Below, piece after piece: positions 42,501 through 64,000 of a stretch of DNA of 64,000 nt. The notes under the pieces were generated by a model. The model did not search any database, was not told where the DNA came from, and saw only the letters and a program-made list of their open reading frames with translations. The position numbers and the translations under genes are program-made. Source of the DNA: the human T2T-CHM13v2.0 reference genome, Homo sapiens; NCBI RefSeq assembly GCF_009914755.1, contig NC_060927.1. One strand, 5' to 3'. Within the stretch, counting starts at the first letter, position 1. Each line of letters starts with the position of its first letter.

Positions 42501-44079
42501 TGAGACAAGACCAGGGTCAGTGTGCAGGGAGAAGAGTTAAGGTTCATGGGGCCTGGGGACATTTGGAACCAAAGATGGGGCTGAGGGTCCCGGAGGAGTA
42601 ATGAGAGTAGAGTGAGAAGACCCAGACATGAGGGCCAGCCACATGGGCAGAGGTAGGACCTGCCTGGACAGGATTCCTGGTTCCTTTCTCAGCATCCCCA
42701 GCCCTACTCCTGCCGTTTTACCAGGACTAGGAGCTCCCTAGGTATGCTGCTGGGGTGGGGGATTTGGGCTGTGCTTTAGGTTTTCAGAGGGTGGGAGCAG
42801 AGTGGGTCTCCTCATGGAAGAGGGGGACTGGAAGAAGGGCTGGGGGGTGGGGTACGTTTCACAGAGTCGAGTTGGGCTCAGCCTGTCACAGCTGGAAAGG
42901 TCTTACCAATCACAAGAGGGGCTCGCGGCCCAGAGAGGAAGGGAAATGTTTGTAAGGCTACATGGGAGACAACTGGCAGAGCTGGAGAACCCAGGGGTCT
43001 ACCTGTGCAGCTCAGAGCTCTTTCCTCAAGATGTCAGCGCCACTGGGCAATGGTGATGGAGGCTGGAGGGGCAGCAGTGATGGGAGTAGGGAGGGTGGAC
43101 AGCCTGTCTGGGGACACAGGGTGGGGCAAGCCAGCCTCCTCGTGGCCTGGGCCTGCCAGGGTGTGTGGGCTGCCTGCTCCCAGCCCCCCACCCTGAGCAT
43201 GCAAGAAGAACAATCCCCTTGTGTTTGGGCAGCCTGAGCCTGCATGCTGATGAAGGCTAGGGGGTGGGGGCTGGGATGGGGGTGCCCTGGAGGTTGAGGG
43301 GGCTCCAGGACCTGGGAAGACCAGGGGATTTTTTCAGATGGGGAAAGAATAGGGTCCCAGGTACTGGTCCTGAGGCAATGAGGGTGACCCAGGGAACAGG
43401 GAGGGCAGGAGCTCAGCTCCTAGGGAGTTCATGGATTGTAAGAGCCTTTGTGGCGGAAGGCAAGCCCCTGGGGACACATGTCCTGCTGGTTCAGCACGAA
43501 CATGAGCATCCTGGGCTTGGTGGGGAGAAAGGAATGCAACTGGCCCTGGGTGCATCATCACCTTGGAGACCACTCCCCTGGGTGCTGGGGCCGGGTGGGG
43601 CACTGGGTGCCACAGGTCTCAAGATGGCGGGCCAGGGATAGGGGAGAGAGGAGGCGGGCACCTCCCTCTCCTGGCCAGGCAGGCATGAGGGCCAGGCTGA
43701 AGTGAGTAGCAGAGCCTCCCACCCCCACCCCCCAGGACCCCAGCCAAGAAGCTAGGTCAGAGCTGAAGGGCTGAAGAGCTATGGGGCAAGAGGGACCACT
43801 CTGAGCCCCCAGCTGTCATCTCCATACACCCCTGGCCTGGAGGTCTGTATCTGGCTCCCCCAACGACTGCGGAGGATGGGAAGGAGTGTGTGCCCAGCCA
43901 GGAGCTACAGGGGAGTGGCAAGTGAGGGCAGAGATGGAGCAGAACCAGAACCCAGGGCAGGAGTCAGAGAGAGGAGCAGGCGCAAAGGACAGAAACAGCG
44001 AGTGGGATGGGGGCCTCAAATCTGGGATCTAAGGTCCAGGAAGCCCCTCCCTGGTGCCAAGGGCGCCTCTGGCAGACCA

Positions 44080-45090
44080 GCGCCTCCCACCTGTGCAGGC
44101 CTCAGCGGTGTGGGACAGAGAACGTGTTCCTCGCAGTCTCACAAACCTGCGACCCCAACCGAGGGATCTGGGCGCGGGCTCCCTGCCCCCGGGCGAACCC
44201 CCAAACTTCGCGGCCCGCCGTGCCCCGCCCGGCCCGCGCCCTACCTCGCTGGGGCTGTCCTGCGGCGGCGGCGGCGGCGGCACGGCGGCTGGGCCGCTCA
44301 GTCCCACATTGTCCCCGGGAGAGGCGGCCGCTCACAACTGCGAGTGACATCAGCTGCGAACAATGAGGGGTTTGACAGGCGCGGAGCCCGGCCGGCCCGG
44401 AGCCCGGCTCCGCGCCCCCCCCCCACCCCCCGGCCCGCCCGGCCCGGCCCCTCCCCGCCCCCTCCCCGGATCCGATTACAGAGCGGCGGGCCCGCCCCAG
44501 CCGCCCCAGTGCCGCAGCCGCCCGCCCCGCCCCGCGCGCCGCGGTGCGCCCCGAGCGGCGGCCGCTTCCTGGAGGGCTCGGGCGACCCTTCCCCTGCCAC
44601 TCCCAGAGCCCCACGGGTTGGGGGTAGGGGCGTCCGGCCTGAAGCCCGGTCCCCAGCCACGGCCTTCCCCGCACCGCCCGCGCTGCGCCCGGCTCCAAGC
44701 CCCTCCGCTCCCGCCAGGCCAGTCCTTCCGGCCCGGGCCGCCCGCCCGGCGCCTCTGCCGAGCCCCCTGCACCCCCATCCCCGCCTTGGCCCCGCCAGCC
44801 CCGGCTCCGCCTCGCTCCCGGCCCGCGTCCCTCCGAGCTCCGGCTGGGACCCTGCGCCCCGCCTAGCTCCCGGCTCTGCTCGCTGCGCGCCATCCTCCGC
44901 TCGGGCTTGCGCCCACCAAGACCCGCTCTCCTCGGCCACCCACAGCTGCATGGCCCGGCCCTCGTCCGCGCAGGACAGGCTGGAGGAGGGGCCTGAGAGC
45001 CGTGTGGCCCTGTGCACCCGATCCTGTGATAACCCCAAATCTACCCCCGGAATTCCTTTTGGGGATAGGGTCGCAAGGAACGGGCTCCGT
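44080..45090. promoter_or_regulatory. PCBP4: CpG island / PCBP4 promoter
   Basis: Very GC- and CpG-rich, many CCCGCCC GC boxes. Confidence 0.85.
44245..44365 (-). other. PCBP4: PCBP4 first (non-coding) exon; 5' boundary approximate
   Basis: Donor GAG|GTAGGG at 44245 inside the CpG island; (GCC)n leader tract. Confidence 0.65.
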
Positions 45091-45447
45091 TGAGTCTTTT
45101 ACTGGGGAAGGGATACTAGTGGGGGTGATGAACTGTTCTCAAGTCCGCTGGGCACCCCCCGCCCTCGGGGAAGCAACTATTCCTTCCCCCCCACTCCTCC
45201 ATAATCGGCTCAGCCTGGTCCCACTGACCTCCACCTCCCCCCACAGCTGAGTCTCTTGGCACCTGGGTATGTGTGGGTGGGGAGGGGAATCCAATCTCCC
45301 TTCCTCTCCATCTGGCCTGGTGGACAAAGGGCAGGGGGACCATCTGGTCCCGCCGGGGTGGGGGAGGGGCCCACAGTGTTGGTCCCAGGGGTGGGGGAGG
45401 GGCGGCGCTCTTTAGAAGCAGGAGCCGGTGGGGTCTAATTGCATCAC

Positions 45448-45453
45448 TTTATT
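45448..45453 (-). terminator. ABHD14B: ABHD14B polyadenylation signal (AATAAA)
   Basis: tttatt on + strand, about 890 nt past the stop. Confidence 0.8.
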
Positions 45454-46344
45454 TCACCGACCTCCACTCTGGCTCCCACCCCACAAGCCTCAGAGCAGGA
45501 AACAAGCTTGGCTGAGATGCCTCAGGCCTGGTAACCTGAGGTGTAGAGCACCCAGAAGGAAGGGTAAAAGCAGGGGGCAAAGCGGTGGCCCTCCCTTTCT
45601 GGGGGTCACTTCTGGGCTGGGGCCAGCTGAAACCTGTGTCCAAGTAGCTTTCAGGGCTGGCCACACCCTAAGCCTTGCAAAAGGGCCTCCTGCAAGGGCT
45701 GGCCCATGGGGTCCCCACCTTCCCAGCCAGTGAGGTTAGCATGGTTAGGAGTCCACATGTGTGCAAGTGCTTGTGTGGAGGCTCATGTATGCATGTGTGT
45801 ATATGCAAAGCTGCACATGACAATGTGCATGCCAGTCCAGAGTTAGATGTACCTATGCAGTTGCCCTCAAGCGAAGGGTCATATTTGGAAACAAGGATGG
45901 CTCTAAACATGTAAGCGTGCATGTGGGCATGTATGTATCTGGGGCCTAAGGAGGTGGGGAAGTGGGTGTTGGGGTAAGGGCTGGCCTTCAGGGCATTTGC
46001 AGAAGGAGGAGTGGGTGGGAGGGAAAGGCTGGGCAGAGCAGGGGAAGGAGTGAAAGCCAGGCAGGAAAGTGGAAGAACAGGAGAAGCTCATGTAATGGAT
46101 TACCCTCCACAGGATTATGTTCCTTGATTCCTGAGAGTTTTTTCTCTTGATTTTACCCCCTCAGTCTATCACTGCAAGAGAAAGAGGTAGAAAAGACAAA
46201 CAGACCACAAAAGACAAGAACCCAGACATATAGACAGACGCACCTGTTGCATGTGCATGAGCCAGAGCCTGGGAGAGAAGAGAGAGCGTGCAAGAGAGAG
46301 CTCAGAGCAGGCAGGCAGCCCACCCCCTGCAGCAGTGCTGGGCT

Positions 46345-48589
46345 TCACTGGAGCCCCTGCAGGAAGTCCAGCAGCCCTGTATGCCACTCCTCTGGTTTGT
46401 CCAGGTAACAGGGGTGCCCCGCCCCCTTCATGATCAGCACCCGGTGGTTGGGCAGCTGCTTCAGGTGCTCAAAGCTGGTCTGACCCATGGGGTCCTGGTC
46501 TCCATATACAATCAGAGCTGGAGTCTGAGAGGAAGGATAGGGGGGTGGGGCAGAGTCAACAGGGACCTGCCATAGCATCCCCAGCCCTCCCCACTTCAGT
46601 CTCTTCCTGGGACCACCCCATATGAGGGAGAGAGACAAGCTGGCCCAGTGGGTGGGGGCACAGATTGGTGTCTGCCCCAGAACACAGTTTAGCACAGGGC
46701 TTGGCACAGTAGTCTGCTGAGTAAACCAAAAGGGTGGAGTTGGGTGGTCAGCTCCTCCCAGAAGACACCCCTTGATTATCCAGCCCCCAGATGAGGAAAG
46801 CCCAGGGATGCACCCTTCCTTGCTCCTGGCAGGGGCACCTCAGCTTCCCACACAAGGGTACCTTCACACTGGCATAGTTGGCAGCATTGATTTTGTCAGT
46901 GCAGATGGGGGCCACTGGCACAAAGCCCGGGAGCTGGGAGCCAGGGGCCGTGAGGAAGGGCAGGGAGTACATGCCACTCAGTGATGGACTGATCACAACC
47001 GGGGGGCCCAGCTCCAAGGCATCCACCACAGCCGCCAGGAAGCTGCCAGGGGCCAGCTCCCCAATAGGGGCAGGGGCTGCTGCTTCCTTGGAGTGCCCCA
47101 GACCTGCAGGGATTCAGGTGTGAAAGAGACAAGACAAGGGCAGTGAATGGCAAAACAAGGGAGATGGTTGCTCTCTCCAGGAAGCCCTCCTAGGTCAGTT
47201 TCTCTGTGGCCAGGTTCCTGTAACACCCAGTGTGCCCACGTTTATTCCTACAGTAGCCTCATTCTATCTTATCGTGCCAAGCATGAGGCACTTCTCTCCA
47301 CGTCTGTGCCTGTCTCCCCAGCAGTAAGTGTCCTGGAGAGAATCAGGCTCTGAAGCCCAAGAAGTCTGGGTCCAGAACCCAATTCTGCATTTATTGTCTA
47401 TGTGACCTTGGGTAGGTCCCCCTCAGTCCTCTCTCAGCTGCTCAGTTTCCCCATCTGTTAAAGGGGGATAACAAAAGTATCTGCCATTTAAGATTGTTGT
47501 GAAAATTAACTGTGTGAAAGGCACCTGGCCCTGGATTGGGACAAGAGAGGCTCCTGAAGGACAGCAGCTGAGGGGTCGGTTCTGCAGCTCCTCCTCCAGT
47601 CATTCAGGCTTCACCAACAAGATTAGCTCCAGACCTTCACCCTGAAGCTCAAGCCAACCCACCATTGGAATCAATCCTGCCTGGGCAGGAGGCTCGCCCT
47701 TGAGCCCTGAAACCATACCATCCCTGGCCTGAGGGGGTGGGGCCAGCCATGCTGCTCCTTTCACACCTGGCACCGAGGGTTGGGACCCAGCCATCTGGGT
47801 TATGACAGGCAGTCTGGGCACTGATCCCATCTACCCTAGAACCCAGCTCAGGGCTTTGCATGTGGGATCACAAGTGGGGGCCTGGCCACCCACCAGGCCC
47901 TGCCTTGTCCCCCAGAAGACTCAGGTCTCACTCCTTAGGGCTTCCAAAAGCCTATGGTTATTATTCAGTCAAAATACTTTACTTCCAATTGGCTGAGCAC
48001 CGATTACTCTGTGTCAGGTACTAGCCACATACTCACATGGATTATCTCATTCCATTCTCATTAGAGCGAGCCCAAAACATGAGTGTGGTTATCTCCCATT
48101 GCAGATGAGGAAACAGAGGCTCAGAGACACTGAGACAATGCCCAGGTAACAGTGAGGAGCAGCTGGGCGGTGAGGACCACATCTGGATCAAGACTGCTCA
48201 GAGGCCCTTGCAGTGTGCTTGACCAAACGCTGTCAAGTTCAGGGCCCAGCCTGGCTGGGTCCTCCAGATCCCACCGCCCCCACCCCTGGAGTGGGGAGGG
48301 GCTACATGTTATAGGAACCTGGCCCTGTCCCTAATGAGACCTCCCCAAACCCTGCCCAGAAGCCTGCCCCTTAAGTACCTGGCAGGTCAATGGCCACAGC
48401 CCGGTAGCCAGCCTGGGCCAGCCTGTGCAGTGTACCCAGGTTCTGCCAGGTCTCGGAGGAGAAGCGAATACCATGCAGCAGCAGTACAGAGAAGCGAGCC
48501 TGCCCACTGCCGGGCAGGGCCTCTCGGAAGAAGAGGGCCTGGCCCTGCACCTGGATGGTGCCCTCGCGCTGCTCCACGCTTGCTGCCAT
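46345..48589 (-). CDS. ABHD14B: Alpha/beta hydrolase ABHD14B (CIB), 210 aa
   Basis: Exons 48379-48589, 46862-47103, 46345-46524; 633 nt. [26 protein letters not shown], atypical nucleophile [21 protein letters not shown]. Confidence 0.98.
47340..47530 (+). mobile_element. MIR
   Basis: tgtgaccttgggta, ctcagtttccccatctgttaaa. Confidence 0.65.
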
Positions 48590-48781
48590 GCCTGCTGCTG
48601 CTGTGCTGGTGAAGGGCCTGTGGTTCAAAACCACGATGATGAGGGGCCACAGAACACCCTGCCCAGGGTGGCAGTCCCAGAGGAGCAGCAAGGAAGCCTC
48701 CAGGAGGTTTCCAGAACTTTAAGAACATGCCTTGGGGTCAGGAGGACATAGGTGTTATTTCTGCCTCTGCCATTTACTTTA

Positions 48782-49635
<854 letters not shown>

Positions 49636-49685
49636 TCATAGGTGGTTGATAGGATTAAATAAGGCCATGCATGTACCATGCCTAG

Positions 49686-57937
<8,252 letters not shown>

Positions 57938-58084
57938 ACTAACCCACTCCCAGCTCCCAGCCTGGCATGAGCTTGGACAGTCTGGACCGCCACCCTCCCT
58001 GAACCAGGGAGACAGCCTCTGGGATTGGAGGCCAGAGGCCAGGGTCAGACCCAGCCAGGACTCCTCATTTCATCTCACAGACAC

Positions 58085-58090
58085 AATAAA
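58085..58090 (+). terminator. ABHD14A: ABHD14A polyadenylation signal (AATAAA)
   Basis: aataaa 148 nt past the stop, with GT-rich sequence downstream. Confidence 0.85.
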
Positions 58091-58522
58091 AAAGCATATT
58101 TGTCCTGCCTGGGAAGTGACAGGTTCCGTTTCCTGGTGTGCTGTGGGAAAGACGGGAGTGGGAGGCAAGTCTGGGACTACTTTGGGCCTGGGAGCTGGAG
58201 GGGATGTCCAGCAGTCTGAGAAGGCTAAGAATGCGCCACTTCCTAAGTGCCTGGCCTCACCACTCTGTGCCTGAGTTTCCTTATCTGTAAAACGGGTATG
58301 ATGGCAACACCTAGGTTGGAGGGTGGTTATAGGACTGAATGAGTCTGGATAACTGAGTACTTGGCCACATAAGGCTGGGGAATTGCTGGTGGGAGGCGGG
58401 GTGTATTACTGCTGCTGCATGACCACAGGGATTGGTGGGAAATCCAGGGTCTGGACAGCCAAGCCAAGGAAGTCAGGAACCTAGAGGGTATGGGGAACGC
58501 GATTTAACAATTAGCCAGCATT

Positions 58523-58812
58523 GGCCGGGCGCAGTGGCTCACACCTGTAATCCCAGCACTTTGGGAGGCCGAGGCAGGCGGATCACGAGGTCAGGAGATC
58601 GAGACCATCCTGACTAACACGGTGAAAACCCGTCTCTACTAAAAATACAAAAAATTAGCCGAGCGTGGTGGCGGGTGACTTTAGTCCCAGCTACTCAGTA
58701 GGCTGAGGCAGGAGAATGGTGTGAACCCGGGAGGCGGAGCTTGCAGTGAGCCAAGACCGAGATCACACCACTGCACTCCACCCTGGGTGACAAAGCGAGT
58801 GAGACTCCGTCT

Positions 58813-58857
<45 letters not shown>

Positions 58858-59152
58858 AGCATTAGCTGGGCACTGTGGCTCACATCTGTAATCCCAGCAC
58901 CTTGGGAGGCCAAGGCGGGTGGATCACCTGAGGTCAGGAGTTCAAGACCACCCTGGCCAACATGACAAACCCTGTCTCTACTAAAAATACAAAAATTAGC
59001 CCAGCGTGGTGGCACGCACCTGTAATCCCAGCTACTCTGGAGGCTGAGGCAGGAGAATCACTTGAACCCAGGAGGCGGAGTTTTCAGCGAGCCGAGAAGG
59101 AGCCACTGCACTCCAGCCTGGGCAGCAGAGTGAGACTCCATCTCAAAAAAAT
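58523..59152 (+). mobile_element. Two sense Alus (Y-like 58523-58855 with a long poly(A); S-type 58864-59152)
   Basis: Two dimers separated by CCAGCATT. Confidence 0.95.
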
Positions 59153-59351
59153 AAATAGCTAAATAATTAGCCAGCATTGTTATGAGTTAAAGTCTATTTG
59201 CCCGCATGAATAAATAGGTAAATAATTAGCCAGCATTGTTGTGAGTTAAAATCTATTTGCCCGCATGACAGAGTGAGACTCTGTATCAAAAAAATAACTA
59301 AATAAAGAATTATCCAGCATTGTTATGAGTTAAAGTCCATTTGCCCCCATG
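59150..59351. repeat. Three imperfect copies of a 44-45-nt unit (first two with period 59)
   Basis: AATTAGCCAGCATTGTTATGAGTTAAAGTCTATTTGCCCGCATG at 59165, 59224 and 59308. Confidence 0.9.
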
Positions 59352-59789
59352 TTATGTGTGAGCAGCCAAGACTTAAACCTCAGGAAAGGTGGGACAGAAC
59401 CCTTCCCACAGCGTGCCTCCTTGGCCTAGAGATTGAAGTCTTTGTCCCTCACCCTTCCCCAAGCTGACTCAGCCCCTGGAGCAGAGGGCAGACCTGGCTG
59501 GGAGTACAAAGGGCAGCTGGGGCACAAGTGGGCAACTGCAGCTGTGGCCTGCAGGGGGCCAGTGGTACACCTGTGCCTGTTTAGCCTCCCCCTCTGGTGG
59601 CTGCAGAAGAGCCAGTTTCCTCACACTGTCCATCCAGGGTCACAATTACATCCATTCACAGTGACTTCATCACACCCACCCACCATCTCACACTGTCACA
59701 TACACAATCATATCCACTGATAGACTGCACACGCAGTGGTACGCTTAAACCGTCACACGTGCTCTTGTCCATGCATTCATTCCCATTCT

Positions 59790-60560
59790 AGGCACTGTCC
59801 GGGCTCGGCACGGCCCCGGGCAGAACCTTGCAGGAAGTGGAGCTCACAGCCTCCTGGAGTTCAGTGTGGGCAGACAGACATTGGCCAATAACTTCAGTAC
59901 AAGTGGAGCTGAGGCGTCAGGGAGGACCTCCCCGAGGGGCTGAGGCCTGCAGTGGGGAGCCGTTGGAGACTTGCCGAGGAGGGCGAGGGCGCAGGCCCAG
60001 GGCTTTGCAGCTCTGCATCTTGAGAGCCTCGGGGCGGCCCCCTTTCCTCCCGCCCTATCCGGGGGCTGAAGGAGGAGGCGCCCTTAGGGGACGGGACCGT
60101 CCTGAGCTCCCGGCGCATACCTGGGGGCAGGAGTGGCAGGCGTGTCGTGTGGGGCGGGGCGAGCCTGTCAGAGCAGGGCCAGCCCGGAGCTCGCAACTCG
60201 CGGGGCGGCGCTGGCCGCGGCGGCCGCTGCCCGGGGACGGGATCCGGATCTAATCCTCCAGTAATCTCGCTGAGGCCCGAACCAGAGGCGGGCGGGGACA
60301 TCCGCGCCGACGCGGCCGCTGGCGCCGGGACGGCCCTCACTGACGGTCTTCGGTCTCCGCCCCGACATCCGGCCTCGGCCACGTGGTGGGCGGACCGGGG
60401 CGGTCCTGAGCCTGCGACCTCGCAGGCGACCTCGCTGGACCCTAAGTCCAGGCCACAGTCAGGGAAGGGCGCTGAGAGGCGAGCGTGAGCCCAGCGACAG
60501 GAGAGTGAGGTGGGGGCCCTGGGGAGGGATAGAGGGACTGGGGCTCCGTGGCTTGAAAGC
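59790..60560. promoter_or_regulatory. ACY1: CpG island / ACY1 promoter with non-coding exon 1 (donor about 60509)
   Basis: CpG-rich, GC boxes, E-box CACGTG 60380-60385; donor GAG|GTGGGG; exon 2 acceptor at 60967. Confidence 0.8.
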
Positions 60561-60649
60561 CGGGCAACTGGGAGGCGTTGGGGTTTTTCTTGTTTGTTTT
60601 TTGTTTTTGTTTTTGCCTTTTTTTTTTTTTAGGAGGGCGGGGGGAGTAC

Positions 60650-60815
60650 AAGTCTGGGTTCAAACCTTGCTCAGCTACTCTATGAGCTGTCCTTGAACCT
60701 CTCTGAGCCTCTCAGCTTTCTCCTCTGTAAAGTGGGCATTCTGAGCACAAACTTCATGGGGCTCTTTTGGGGATTAAATAAGGAAATGTGCTGGAAGCAG
60801 ACAGCCCAGCGCCTG
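60650..60815 (+). mobile_element. MIR in ACY1 intron 1
   Basis: tctgggttcaaacc, ctctgagcct, ctgtaaagtggg. Confidence 0.6.
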
Positions 60816-60984
60816 AAACAGAATGGGTGCTCCTTAATGGGGGCTCCGAAACACGGTATCCTACCCCTGTGGGAAGTCCGGGAGCCGCCGTGGGGACAGG
60901 CTGTGTGCAGGAGCTCACCATTTCCAGGGTCTTGGAGGGGTAGTTAGCCATTCACTTTGCCCCCAGCTCACCACGCGCAGCGCC

Positions 60985-63999
<3,015 letters not shown>

Positions 64000-64000
64000 G

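Noticed and set aside
43876-45093. ORFs of 246-405 aa across the PCBP4 CpG island
   Set aside because: Stop-poor GC-rich sequence open in several frames on both strands; Pro/Arg/Ala/Gly-biased translation.
59150-59351. Repeat-spacer pattern superficially like a CRISPR array
   Set aside because: Human context, no cas genes, only three units, and the spacers derive from Alu tail sequence.

Overview
Human (primate) genomic DNA that I recognise as the gene-dense 3p21 cluster. In order: RRP9 (-, 15 coding exons, 475 aa), PARP3 (+, 533/540 aa), GPR62 (+, single-exon CDS, 368 aa), PCBP4 (-, 403 aa), ABHD14B (-, 210 aa), ABHD14A (+, 271 aa) and the 5' part of ACY1 (+, cut off by the window end). I reconstructed each complete CDS exon by exon from GT..AG boundaries, and each sums to an intact frame. 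The first ~10 kb and 25.5-32 kb are mostly old L1/L2/LTR sequence with many Alus; repeat boundaries and subfamily names were judged by eye. I saw no CRISPR array, tRNA, rRNA or foreign insert. The main leads are RNA-processing features: (1) three antisense and three sense Alus nested around exactly the interval removed by an in-frame ABHD14A exon 3 to ACY1 exon 3 read-through splice; (2) a 358-nt AG-free, C/U-rich last intron of PCBP4 with a candidate distant branch point and a stop codon created by retention; (3) splice-dependent upstream ORFs in PCBP4 and PARP3; (4) a promoter-like RFX/ZNF143/GC-box module inside ABHD14A intron 1; (5) several unusual Alu insertion scars. The mechanisms proposed for these are hypotheses.
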